The position numbers and the translations under genes are program-made. The notes below the pieces were generated by a model. That model saw only the letters and a program-made list of their open reading frames with translations. It was not told where the DNA came from and searched no databases. A stretch of DNA of 25,233 nt from Acidobacteriota bacterium. GTDB taxonomy: Bacteria; Acidobacteriota; UBA6911; JACQSX01. Positions 1 to 9,389 of the stretch are shown piece after piece. The stretch covers positions 1 to 25,233 of the forward strand of contig DASXQR010000071.1 of NCBI GenBank assembly GCA_036507075.1, in the 5' to 3' direction. Numbering within the stretch: position 1 is the first letter of the stretch; each line of letters starts with the position of its first letter.

Positions 1-37
1 TTGCTGAGGGCAGCGGTTCCCTCACGGCGTGCGACAG

Positions 38-2701
38 TCAAGGGGTTGAATATTTACCTCGCTCACTTTCAGGCTTCTCCTCTTCCACCTGAATGCGGCG
101 TGCGTTTGCGTGAGCGTCGTGACGAATGCCTGTTACCTGCCAGGACACCTTTGCACCTGCAGCACCTCCGGCAATTTTGAACCGGTTGTTGGAGACTTCT
201 TCGGATATGTACAGATTCGGACAAGGAACTCCTAGAGCGGTCAGCTGATATCGGAAGTCCCGATTCAAAGCTTCAAACCACGCAGGCAAGTCGATCCAGG
301 CTTCGCCGTTCTGATCGAGTCTGATATTTCCGTTGTAGATGTTCATCATGTCGGGACTCTCGACAAAAGAGTGCGACAGGTACTTGTTTGTTGGGTCCAG
401 AGGGTGGTCGATTCTGAAGGAGCCACTCGCCTTTGTCAACGTGCCACCAATGGTCGCATCCCCGTCCACTAGGATCGACCCGGTCCTCATTTTGGTGAAC
501 TGAGCAAACCCGGTCGGGTCTATATGAAAGGTGCTGATCGTCTGGCCCGGTTGCACGATCGATTCCAGCCTGCCGCCAACGAACATATCCTGATCAACGC
601 TCAGTTGGCCGCCAGCGTTGACGTTACCAGCGAATCTCGCTGTCCCCCGAACACTCAACGCAGGGCCCGGACCTCCTTGGATGCGCACGGCGGGTACTCC
701 CATTGGATTGTTGGCTTGCACCATCAGCGTCGCCTCGCCAGCTCCTGCATTGTCATCAGAGATGAATACAATCGGAGCCGTCCTAGCCGGATTCGTAGAT
801 GCAAAGAAAGCTGCGCCGCTCGTTCCACTAGTTCTTGCTTGTAGGGCGGGGCCAGAGCCGGTCGAATTCAACAGGAGGCCTGGCAGATTGGCGGACGGAT
901 TGTCGAGCGTAAAGCTCGCAGCCGGACCAGTTCCCGAATTTATAACCTGGAACGCCGGCTGCGGAGAAACGGCTGAGCCCGCAAACGGTAGAGACAACCC
1001 GCCGCCTCCTCCCGTACTCGAAACAATAAGCTTATTACTGGTTTGGTCCTGTGTGATGGCTATGTTCCCGCCGCCCACGACGGACACGTCACCACGAACG
1101 CCGTTCAAACTTCGTACACCACTGGATGAGATCGTTATTTCCGGTTTGTTCGGCTCCTGCGCGACGGCTACCCCCGGTCCTCCGAAAATTGAAAGGCTGC
1201 CAGTCAGCCCATTAATCGCCCGTACGGCCGGGGGGGTTGAGATCCTAAGCGCGTTCTTGTCGATCTCTTTTGTCACGGTAATATCGTTTGAGCCCAAAAG
1301 TGAGACAGTGCCGCTAAGGCCATTGACATCGTTGCCGATCTTCAGCTCCCGTACGGCCGGCGGGGCTGAGATCGTAATTGCGTTATTGGCTGCACGAATG
1401 TTTATATTGTCCCCCTGCAAAATCGAAACCACGTCACTGAGCCCATTCACACTTCTGACTAAAGATTTGTCTTTGATCGTGAGCACCACGTCGCCCTCTT
1501 TCGGCCGCCCAATGCGTTCTCCCGGTATTAGGTTGCCGTCCTTGTCTTTTATGACGTTGACCAGCTCGAGAGCGTCATCGGCGACCCGCAGCAAAGACTC
1601 GATGTTAAGAGTAGACGAACTGTTCGGCGGACTGTTCGGCGGCGGATCCGTAGATGATAACTTGATGCCTGTTCCCCCGGTCAATCGGACGTTATCCTGC
1701 AGCGGAACATCCGCTCCTTTCTCGTTCTTTATTAACAGGCTTCGTACCACCGTCGAATCGGGGATCTTGGATTTGCTTACCGACTCATCTGCCAGCTCGA
1801 TGTTAAGAATACTAAGCGGACTGGGGATGCTGTTCGGCGACGGCTTCGGAGCAGACAACTTGATGTCTTTTCCCGTCAATAGGATGTTATCCTGCAGCCG
1901 AACGTCGGCTCCTTTCTCGTTCTTTATTATCAGGCTTCGTACCACCGTCGAATCGGCGATCTTGGGTCCGCTTACCGACCCATCGGCCGGCACCCCTTCC
2001 TCGGTTATTACCGGCAGTGCAGACAATTGATCTTCGTTGAGAATCAGCGTGACGCCTGCGATTGGCTGATTAGCCGAGAACTCCACGACGTTATCGGCCG
2101 GCGCTGGCTCTGAAAAGATCTGGTCAAGGAAACGTGCCATTTGCTGGAACCCGTCGAGCTTTATATCCACTGCGCTCCCACCACTGAGTCGTCGGACGGT
2201 TACCGTGACCGCTGTGTCGTTCGGGTTTGCAATTGCGACTCCGGTGCGTACCTTCGAGTTGCTGACACCAAAAATCCGGAACGCCTTTGTCGCGGTACTG
2301 GGCAATACGCCGACCTGATCGATCAGTCTGCCACCGCTGCGGATCTGAAAAAGTTCAGTCGCTGCAAACGGACTCTTGGAAGAAAGCTTGGCCCAACCAA
2401 TCACAGGATTGCCCCCGGATCCACCGAAATCTTTAGTCTGGCTCTGCTTCGCTTCGACCATGACTATCGCAGAGTCCAGCGCTCTGCCGTCAGACTGAAA
2501 CAGTTCAACCTTGACCGAAATACTCTCGCTCGTCGGATTGTGAATCAAGAACGACGTGGTATAACCGCCGTCCATTGCAATCTGAGGGAAAAACTGAAGA
2601 GTGGTGCCGTATTCGGGTTGTTGTGCGGCAATTTGGCAGAGTGAAGTCACAAAGAGCGACAGAAGCGACATCACAACCTTTGATTGCATTCGAGTGAGCA
2701 T
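38..2701 (-). CDS. Secreted fibre-like protein: signal peptide, ~200-aa 'xPV' module, six VRS..NG-type shaft repeats, beta-rich region and a C-terminal FRIDHPLDP...ESP domain seen on tail-fibre-like proteins
   Basis: Long ORF. ATG at 2701 follows GGAGGT (2706-2711), while the track start is TTG 2713. N-terminus is hydrophobic (VVMSLLSLFVTSLCQIAA). Repeats include VRSVNGLSD, VRAINGLTG and VRSLNGVRG. C-terminal motif is SFRIDHPLDPTNKYLSHSFVESPDMMNIYNG. Confidence 0.8.
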   Translation of the reverse strand: MLTRMQSKVVMSLLSLFVTSLCQIAAQQPEYGTTLQFFPQIAMDGGYTTSFLIHNPTSESISVKVELFQSDGRALDSAIVMVEAKQSQTKDFGGSGGNPVIGWAKLSSKSPFAATELFQIRSGGRLIDQVGVLPSTATKAFRIFGVSNSKVRTGVAIANPNDTAVTVTVRRLSGGSAVDIKLDGFQQMARFLDQIFSEPAPADNVVEFSANQPIAGVTLILNEDQLSALPVITEEGVPADGSVSGPKIADSTVVRSLIIKNEKGADVRLQDNILLTGKDIKLSAPKPSPNSIPSPLSILNIELADESVSKSKIPDSTVVRSLLIKNEKGADVPLQDNVRLTGGTGIKLSSTDPPPNSPPNSSSTLNIESLLRVADDALELVNVIKDKDGNLIPGERIGRPKEGDVVLTIKDKSLVRSVNGLSDVVSILQGDNINIRAANNAITISAPPAVRELKIGNDVNGLSGTVSLLGSNDITVTKEIDKNALRISTPPAVRAINGLTGSLSIFGGPGVAVAQEPNKPEITISSSGVRSLNGVRGDVSVVGGGNIAITQDQTSNKLIVSSTGGGGGLSLPFAGSAVSPQPAFQVINSGTGPAASFTLDNPSANLPGLLLNSTGSGPALQARTSGTSGAAFFASTNPARTAPIVFISDDNAGAGEATLMVQANNPMGVPAVRIQGGPGPALSVRGTARFAGNVNAGGQLSVDQDMFVGGRLESIVQPGQTISTFHIDPTGFAQFTKMRTGSILVDGDATIGGTLTKASGSFRIDHPLDPTNKYLSHSFVESPDMMNIYNGNIRLDQNGEAWIDLPAWFEALNRDFRYQLTALGVPCPNLYISEEVSNNRFKIAGGAAGAKVSWQVTGIRHDAHANARRIQVEEEKPESERGKYSTP
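1681..1965. repeat. Intragenic duplication of ~90 bp (1681-1770 and 1876-1965)
   Basis: Near-identical DNA encodes KIADSTVVRSLIIKNEKGADVRLQDN and KIPDSTVVRSLLIKNEKGADVPLQDN. Confidence 0.9.
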
Positions 2702-2912
2702 AAGCACCTCCAAGGCTGTCGGATTAAGAAGCTACGCAAGGAATTTGGATCATTTCTGGCAAACAGCGTGAACACCACAATCACATGTTCATGAAGAGCA
2801 TGGAGGTGCTCAGTGCCGAGGTTGCTCAACCGCCGCAGGTCATCTTGCGGCAATGGGTTAAATAAGGACCCTCCTCTTGGGCAGGTCACTCCAAGGGAAG
2901 GGACTGGAAGTG

Positions 2913-2978
2913 TTTATATGATGGCGAAATGTGAAGTGGGTTAAGGTACGGTTAAGATTCCGATAAGCTTTGGTTGAG
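2913..2978 (-). promoter_or_regulatory. Putative OmpR/PhoB-family tandem binding boxes with a candidate -10 element for the fibre-like gene
   Basis: On the + strand, heptamers GGTTAAG (2939), GGTTAAG (2950), CGATAAG (2961) and GGTTGAG (2972) repeat with an exact 11-bp period, plus TGTGAAG (2930). TATAAA lies on the - strand at 2918-2913. Confidence 0.55.
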
Positions 2979-3644
2979 CTTGTAGCCGATGCCGCGCACG
3001 CTCAGGATGTGCTTCGGATTGTTCGGATCATCTTCTAATTTCTTGCGTAAAGCGGCGATGTGCGTATCTATGACGCGATGGGTGATGTAAACATCTCTTC
3101 CCCAAATCGCATCGAGAAATTCATCGCGGGTAATGACCTGTTCCGCCCGCTGCAGCAATAACTCCAGCAACTCAAACTCTTTCTGCGTAAGAGACACCGG
3201 TACGCCTTTCTTGCGTACTACACGGGATTTCAAGTCTATTTCTATATCGTCAAGCCTGTGAACGGAGCGCGCGGTCGTACCGCCCTTGCGGCGAAGTCCC
3301 ACCTTGATGCGCGCCACCAGTTCGCGCAGTGAAAACGGCTTGGTGACGTAATCGTCTGCGCCAAGCTCAAGGCCGATGACGCGGTCCACCTCTTGTCCTC
3401 TCGCCGTAAGCATGATGATCCACAGGTCCGGCATCTCAGGTCGCAACGTCCGGCAAACCTCAAAACCATTCAACCCGGGAAGCATCAAGTCCAGCAACAA
3501 AACATCGGGCTGAACCTCTCGCGCCTTCCGAATGGCGGCACATCCGTCTGGAGCTGACTCGACCTGGAAGCCTTCAAATTTCAGCTCATCCCTAATGGCC
3601 ATCACTATGGATGGCTCATCTTCAATTATGAGGATGCGAGCCAT
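2952..3644 (-). CDS. OmpR/PhoB-family DNA-binding response regulator
   Basis: Receiver motifs ILIIEDE, LLDLMLP, MLTA and YVTKPF. Winged-helix motif RVIDTHIAALRKKLE...RGIGY. ATG 3644 (MARIL) overlaps the end of the kinase gene. Confidence 0.95.
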   Translation of the reverse strand: MARILIIEDEPSIVMAIRDELKFEGFQVESAPDGCAAIRKAREVQPDVLLLDLMLPGLNGFEVCRTLRPEMPDLWIIMLTARGQEVDRVIGLELGADDYVTKPFSLRELVARIKVGLRRKGGTTARSVHRLDDIEIDLKSRVVRKKGVPVSLTQKEFELLELLLQRAEQVITRDEFLDAIWGRDVYITHRVIDTHIAALRKKLEDDPNNPKHILSVRGIGYKLNQSLSES

Positions 3645-5622
3645 TGTTCTTGTGTTCAATGCGGGCCGGGAGCCGCACAGAGAAACGGCTGCCCTTGCCT
3701 GCTGTGCTTGTAGCGCCAACTACTCCGCCGTGAGCTTCAACGGTGGCCTTGACCAGGGTGAGCCCGAGCCCCGCCCCTTTTACATCCTGCTGGTCGCCTC
3801 GCCGGCCGCGATAGAACTTCTCAAAAATTCGTGGCAGATCGTGGCGCTCAATGCCGATGCCTTGATCGCACACGTCCACACACACTTGATTTTCAATAGC
3901 TCGAACGGCCACCGTGACGGTTGAGGACGGCGGCGAATATTTGATCGCATTGTCGAGCAGGTTCTCAACCGCCTCAGTCATCGCCATGGTATCGAGTTGC
4001 AGCTCTGGAATGCCATCTTCAGTTTGAGCTTTGAGCCCAATATGTTTTGCCTCGGCCTGTGGCCGTAATCCGTTGATCGCCGTCTCAACAATCTCAACAA
4101 TGGAAGCGCGGGCGAAGCTGTAATGTCTGTGCCCGGCCTGTATCTGTTGTGCCTCAAGCAGGCTGTGGACCAATCGCTCAAGGCGCTTCGTCTCTCGATC
4201 AATGGCGGCATAGTATTCACTTGTCGCTGTGGACGTGGTCAGTCGCCCGCTCCTAATGCGTTCCATTAACAGCCGAATGCTGGTAAGCGGGCTCTTGAAC
4301 TCATGGCTCACTGCCGCAATGAAGTCATTCTGCAAACGGCCCAGCTCGACTTCACGACGTATTACCCGCCCCGTCATGGCCAGACCAATGAGAACCATCA
4401 TGACCAGCAAAGTAATGAAGCCATACCATAGCGCCTGTCTTCGATGGACCCAGCTTGCATCGTTAGAGCCGCTAAAGGCTATTTCCAATCCGTTTATGCT
4501 TTGCAGGGTGCCAACATGCTGAATTGGTAAATTGGGAGCGATCGCACCCCAAATCGTATTGCCTCGCTTATCAGTAACCCTGGCCAGGAAGGGCTGGCCT
4601 GCAAGTAGAGGCGCGATGGATTTGTCAAAAAGCTTTTGCACAGGGCCTTGGGGAATGGCAATGCCTTTCCAGGCATCCGGTTCTCGGCCAGAAGGCGCGC
4701 GTAAAATAAGAAACCCGGCTTTGTCTTTAGTCTCAAAGCTGCGCCTGGCTCCAGTGGTTAGTGGTGACTGGCGAATGATGCGCTCGAGAGCGGACATTTC
4801 AGCAAGGCGAGAATCTTCGGTTTGATACGCGGTTGAGCCTGCACTCTTCAGCAAACTGCGAAGCTCCATATCGTAGAACCGCCGTGTTTCATAGCTCAGC
4901 CACCAACTTCCGCTTCTCAAACTTCCCATCGTTTGCTCGAGGAAACTGGCAAAAGCGGCCCGTTCCTCTTTGCGTAATCGCTCGACGTGAGCACAGGCAA
5001 TTAGCGCCGCTGGAAGTCCTGCCGGTGTAAGCCCCTTGGAACGGCTCCAGCCTTCGCCGGCCAGTAACACGCGAGCATTAGCATCGCCGTTTTGACGCCT
5101 GACCATGCCGGCGCAGAGCTTAGCCCAGTCCGCCAACCTCGGCTCGGAGTCGATGATCCGGTGATAAGCGAAGATCGCCTCCTCGGTGCGTTGCTGGGCC
5201 TCGGCCGACTGTGCTTGCTCGATGAATTGCTCGGTAGCCAGTGACCACTCAGGTGGCGAGGCTTTTAATGGGGGCTCACCGAAGTAAAGCTTGTCGCTGT
5301 CAAAGGCAAGAACCCCGTGGGAGTCAATGGAGAAAACGAAAAAGTTTCGAAGCGCAGGGCCAGGTTGATCGCCGGCACTCTGAGTAATGTCTTCAGCAGA
5401 ATGAAGAGCGGCCTCAAGCTTGTCGAGAGCGACAGCAATAGCCGCGTCGGCCAGCCGGGCTACTTGTGTTTGCTGTTCACGTAACTGTTGTTCTCGTTCA
5501 ATACGTTCAGCGCGGCTTGCGCGCGCGCCCAGCAGGGAAAGGATCAATGCCGGGACTGCTATTAGCAAGCCAAAGCCCCACCACCACGTCAGGCTGGCGC
5601 TCGGCGCTCGAATCAGAGTCAT
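3622..5622 (-). CDS. Membrane sensor histidine kinase (HisKA + HATPase_c) with a large extracytoplasmic domain
   Basis: Two hydrophobic segments, H box AVSHEFKSPLTSI, N box ENLLDNAIKYS, and DQGIGI, IFEKFYR, GAGLGL. Confidence 0.95.
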   Translation of the reverse strand: MTLIRAPSASLTWWWGFGLLIAVPALILSLLGARASRAERIEREQQLREQQTQVARLADAAIAVALDKLEAALHSAEDITQSAGDQPGPALRNFFVFSIDSHGVLAFDSDKLYFGEPPLKASPPEWSLATEQFIEQAQSAEAQQRTEEAIFAYHRIIDSEPRLADWAKLCAGMVRRQNGDANARVLLAGEGWSRSKGLTPAGLPAALIACAHVERLRKEERAAFASFLEQTMGSLRSGSWWLSYETRRFYDMELRSLLKSAGSTAYQTEDSRLAEMSALERIIRQSPLTTGARRSFETKDKAGFLILRAPSGREPDAWKGIAIPQGPVQKLFDKSIAPLLAGQPFLARVTDKRGNTIWGAIAPNLPIQHVGTLQSINGLEIAFSGSNDASWVHRRQALWYGFITLLVMMVLIGLAMTGRVIRREVELGRLQNDFIAAVSHEFKSPLTSIRLLMERIRSGRLTTSTATSEYYAAIDRETKRLERLVHSLLEAQQIQAGHRHYSFARASIVEIVETAINGLRPQAEAKHIGLKAQTEDGIPELQLDTMAMTEAVENLLDNAIKYSPPSSTVTVAVRAIENQVCVDVCDQGIGIERHDLPRIFEKFYRGRRGDQQDVKGAGLGLTLVKATVEAHGGVVGATSTAGKGSRFSVRLPARIEHKNNGSHPHN

Positions 5623-5809
5623 GAAGGCATTTATAACAGGCGCGATATCAGGATTTCAATGATGCGTGCCAATAGTTCAGCGAGGGCTTCTTCTGGCGCT
5701 CACCGAGCGCCGAGCAGTCGACGCAATTCTGACAAATATCCTGGCATCTCTTATGCATTGGAGCCCCGAGAATTGACATCTTAAAGCATACGCTGCGAAG
5801 CAGTGCCTG

Positions 5810-5876
5810 CAGTACCGCGACCGCAAGGGAGCGACTCGTCAATCTGGTGAGTCGCTCCCTGGCGGTCCCGGTACTG
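5810..5876. repeat. REP-like inverted pair (28-bp arms, 11-nt loop)
   Basis: CAGTACCGCGACCGCAAGGGAGCGACTC (5810-5837) matches the reverse complement of 5849-5876 with 2 mismatches. Confidence 0.85.
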
Positions 5877-6165
5877 ATGCGACATGATCATTTCTCAGAA
5901 ATGTCCAAACTTCAGGAGGCGCTGCTTTGCACCCTTTGACCGCCTTCGCGGTATACAGTCTCCGACTCCGGCCGATTCGGCGTCGATACGCCTTCAAGCA
6001 GCCTAAAACATTTGATGGGAAGGCGCCTGTAGCGTATCATCCTGTGAAAATCACAACAGCTCACACTGAGTGGCGCCTGCGTGTCCGGCAAACGGTTTGG
6101 AATTCATAAGCCAATCACAGCCGGCACAGGATCCACTCGAGATTCGCGGAGAGGGGGCAAATCCC

Positions 6166-9100
6166 ATGTCCAAAAACTATTCGCGCAAACCAGCAAACCG
6201 AAAACAGATGAGATGGCTGCACTGTTTCGCCCTCATCATGACGCTTGCCTTCGGACAGGCTCTGTCACAGGTGACGCTTTCGACGCTGCGCGGCACGGTG
6301 AGCGACGCATCAGGCTCCGTTGTTCCCGGGGCCGACGTTACTGTCATCGAAGTTCAGACCAACGTGGTCGTCCGGAAGGTTCTTTCCGATGAGAACGGAA
6401 ACTATGAAGTGCCGGGTGTCAAACCGGGGACCTATCAGGTCAAAGCCGAACTGCCCGGATTCAAGACTTATGTTGTCAACAACGTCGTGCTCGAGGGATC
6501 TCAGGTCCGCCGTGTTGACATGACCCTGCAGGTGGGCGAAGTAACCGAACAGGTTACAGTGACGGGCGGCGCCGCGGTGATTACGACGGATAGCGCCTCG
6601 ATTTCATCCGGATTCGACTCCAAGCTGTTTGAAGTGGCCCCGCTGGTCCGAACTTATTATCCGCAGGCGCTGATGGCCACGCTCCCCGGCATCGAAAGCC
6701 AGGCCGGCAGCTTTTCGCTGCGCATTGCCGGTCAACCGCCGGCGCAGGCCGCCGAAGGGATGGATGGCGTCACAAACGACGGCACTGTCAACTTGATCAA
6801 CAACATGCTTAATTTCGAAGAACTGACCGTCGTGGCCGTCAATAATCGGGCCGACCAGGCGCGCGTCGCCAACTTCAACATGGTTTCCAAACGCGGCACC
6901 AATGCTTTGCACGGCACAGCCTCCTACACACACTTCAATTCGGCGCTGAATGCGCGCGGTTTTTTCGAACCCAAGAAGCCGGTGCTGATCGAGCATCGGG
7001 GGCAGGCGGATGTCTCCGGTCCAATCTTTAAAAACAAAACCTTCTTTTATGTCTCGTACTTTCATCAGAGACTGCCGGCGGGATCTTTTAACCGTTCAAC
7101 GGTGCCCACGCTATTGATGCGCAGTGGAAATTTCAGCCAGTTTTCCAGGCCGGTCGTCGATCCAATTACCGGGCAGCCGTTTTCCGGAAACGTGATTCCG
7201 GCCACGCGCATTAACGCGACCTCGCAAAAAATCCAGCAAGCCTTTATACCGAATCCGAACCTGGGTGGTCCCAACGCCCTGTCAAACAATCTCGGCTTTG
7301 CCCATCCTTATCCGGACGATCTTTTTCGTGCCGACTATCCGATGTTCCGTATCGACCACACCTTCAGCGAAAAAAATTCGATCTACGGGCGCTATATCCG
7401 GCGTTACACACCGTACGTTCTTAAGCGCGGACTGCCCGGCTTTGACTACACCCGCGTGCGGTGGCATCGCGGAACCGTGCTGTCCGACACGCACGTTTTC
7501 ACTCCGGCGCTGGTCAACAATTTTGTGTTCGGCTGGCTTTGGGACTTCGTCGAAGACGGGACTACAGTGGATGGTTTCACGCCGCGCCGGGGCGACGAAG
7601 CCGTGCAGCAGATCGGACTGCAAGGAGTCAATCCCCGCAACTTGCGCGCCCTGGGGTTTCCCCGCATAAACATTACGGGACTCACCAGTCTCGAGACCGT
7701 GGCGGGCGGCGTCAAACAGGATGATCATACTTTGTCGTTCTCCGATTCGATTACGTGGGCGCTGGGGCGTCACGTCTATAAATTCGGCGCGGACTTGAAG
7801 CGTCTCAGCAGATTCAGCGGGGAAATCCGCGAAGGGACCTACGGGCGCTTCGGCTTCAACGGCACCCTCAGTGGTCACGCCTATGCAGACTTCCTGCTCG
7901 GATTGCCGTTCAGCAGCGAGCGCCTGGATCCGTTGACGGATCGCACGCAGGTGGCCGGGGAATTTGGGATCTACGCGATGGATACCTGGAAGGTGACACA
8001 GAACCTGATGCTTGACTACGGGATCCGCTGGGATTATTTCAGCGCTCCCTTCTATCAGGACGGGTTGCAATACAACTGGGACCGCACGACAGGCAACGTC
8101 ATCGTTCCCCAAGAGGCGCTCAAGTCAGTCAGCCCGCTTTATCCGAAAACGATTGCGGTCGTGACCGGCAAGGTGAAACCGGATTCTCAACTGTCTAATA
8201 TCCGCCCGCGCGTGGGATTCGCCTATCGATGGCGAAACCATTCGGTGATTCGGGGCGGCTATGGTGTTTTCACTGAGCAGGTCGGGTACTTCGATCGTCT
8301 GCAGGGTGGAGGCCCGTTTGAAATTGCCGAAACGTATTTCAACGCCATCGAAGGCGGCCAGCCCCGTTTTGCGTTTCCCAATCCGTTCCCTGGCAGCCTG
8401 GCATCGGCAACCGTTGCCTCGCAGAGCGTGCGCGGCTATCCGGACCGCACCCACAACGGCGCCATCCATCAGTTCAATCTAAGCTTCGAACAGCAGATCG
8501 GCAGCATCGGCTTGCGGGCCTCCTATGTGGGCTCCCGCAGCCGCGACCTGAACTACTCGCTTAATATCAACAAGCCGCGTCCGAGCACGACGCCGTTCAG
8601 CACGAGCCGGCGACCGTTCCCACAGTTTGTCACAACGACCTGGGTCCTGGACGATGGCCTCAGCAACTACGACTCCGCGCAGTTTGAAGTGCAGCGGAAA
8701 ATGGGCGCAATCACGTTCAACGCCCATTACACGCTGCAGTCCAACCTGTCGAACTTTTTAAACCTTGAAAATCCCTTTGACTTGAACCACTGGAACCGCG
8801 AGCAGTTCGCATCGCGCCACAAGTTTGTGATCAGCTCCATTATCGAGTTGCCGGTGGGACGCGGGCGTCGCTACCTTGCGGACGCTCACGCCGTCGTCGA
8901 CCAGGTTCTGGGGGGATGGAAGCTGATCACGCTCAGTCATCTGCAATCGGGGCAGTACTTCTCGCCTGCATTCTCGGGAGCCGATCCGTCGCGGACCAAC
9001 ACGTCCGGCGGGCTTCCGGATCGCATCGCCGATGGAAACCTTCCGCCCTCCCAGCGCAAGGTAGAACGCTGGTTTGACTACGCCGCCTTTGTCGCTCCTC

Positions 9101-9381
9101 AGGTGGGACGCTTTGGAAACAGCGGAGTGAACATCCTGGACGGTCCCGGAATTCATCTGCATCACTTGAGCCTGGTCAAGAACTTTAAAATTCACGAGTG
9201 GTTCAATCTCGAGTATTTCACGGGAATCTCGAATCTTTTCAACCACCCGCACTTCCGCTTTCCGCGCAATGACATCTCGGCAGCAGAGCCGGGAGTCATC
9301 ACCAGCGCTCGCTCGGCTGACCAGGACCAAAACAAGGCCGGGCCGCGGATGATCGAAATGACGCTGCGTTTACGCTGGTAA
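6166..9381 (+). CDS. TonB-dependent receptor-like outer membrane protein (Oar-like, N-terminal carboxypeptidase regulatory-like domain)
   Basis: Signal peptide, then LRGTVSDASGSVVPGADVTV...GTYQVKAELPGFK, DTWKVTQNLMLDYGIRWDY, PRVGFAYR...VIRGGYG, and a terminal beta-strand ending in W. ATG 6166 follows GAGGGGG; 6208 is an alternative start. Confidence 0.92.
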   Translation: MSKNYSRKPANRKQMRWLHCFALIMTLAFGQALSQVTLSTLRGTVSDASGSVVPGADVTVIEVQTNVVVRKVLSDENGNYEVPGVKPGTYQVKAELPGFKTYVVNNVVLEGSQVRRVDMTLQVGEVTEQVTVTGGAAVITTDSASISSGFDSKLFEVAPLVRTYYPQALMATLPGIESQAGSFSLRIAGQPPAQAAEGMDGVTNDGTVNLINNMLNFEELTVVAVNNRADQARVANFNMVSKRGTNALHGTASYTHFNSALNARGFFEPKKPVLIEHRGQADVSGPIFKNKTFFYVSYFHQRLPAGSFNRSTVPTLLMRSGNFSQFSRPVVDPITGQPFSGNVIPATRINATSQKIQQAFIPNPNLGGPNALSNNLGFAHPYPDDLFRADYPMFRIDHTFSEKNSIYGRYIRRYTPYVLKRGLPGFDYTRVRWHRGTVLSDTHVFTPALVNNFVFGWLWDFVEDGTTVDGFTPRRGDEAVQQIGLQGVNPRNLRALGFPRINITGLTSLETVAGGVKQDDHTLSFSDSITWALGRHVYKFGADLKRLSRFSGEIREGTYGRFGFNGTLSGHAYADFLLGLPFSSERLDPLTDRTQVAGEFGIYAMDTWKVTQNLMLDYGIRWDYFSAPFYQDGLQYNWDRTTGNVIVPQEALKSVSPLYPKTIAVVTGKVKPDSQLSNIRPRVGFAYRWRNHSVIRGGYGVFTEQVGYFDRLQGGGPFEIAETYFNAIEGGQPRFAFPNPFPGSLASATVASQSVRGYPDRTHNGAIHQFNLSFEQQIGSIGLRASYVGSRSRDLNYSLNINKPRPSTTPFSTSRRPFPQFVTTTWVLDDGLSNYDSAQFEVQRKMGAITFNAHYTLQSNLSNFLNLENPFDLNHWNREQFASRHKFVISSIIELPVGRGRRYLADAHAVVDQVLGGWKLITLSHLQSGQYFSPAFSGADPSRTNTSGGLPDRIADGNLPPSQRKVERWFDYAAFVAPQVGRFGNSGVNILDGPGIHLHHLSLVKNFKIHEWFNLEYFTGISNLFNHPHFRFPRNDISAAEPGVITSARSADQDQNKAGPRMIEMTLRLRW

Positions 9382-9389
9382 GCCAAACA

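Noticed and set aside
618..2030. 470-aa + strand ORF
   Set aside because: Antisense shadow of the fibre-like gene, with no motifs.
5655..5757. Sigma54-like promoters: TGGCATCTCTTATGCA (+, 5742-5757) and TGGCACGCATCATTGA (-, ~5656-5671)
   Set aside because: The first keeps GG-N10-GC but is ~400 bp from the receptor gene with a REP in between. The second lacks a correctly spaced GC. No sigma54 activator is in the window.
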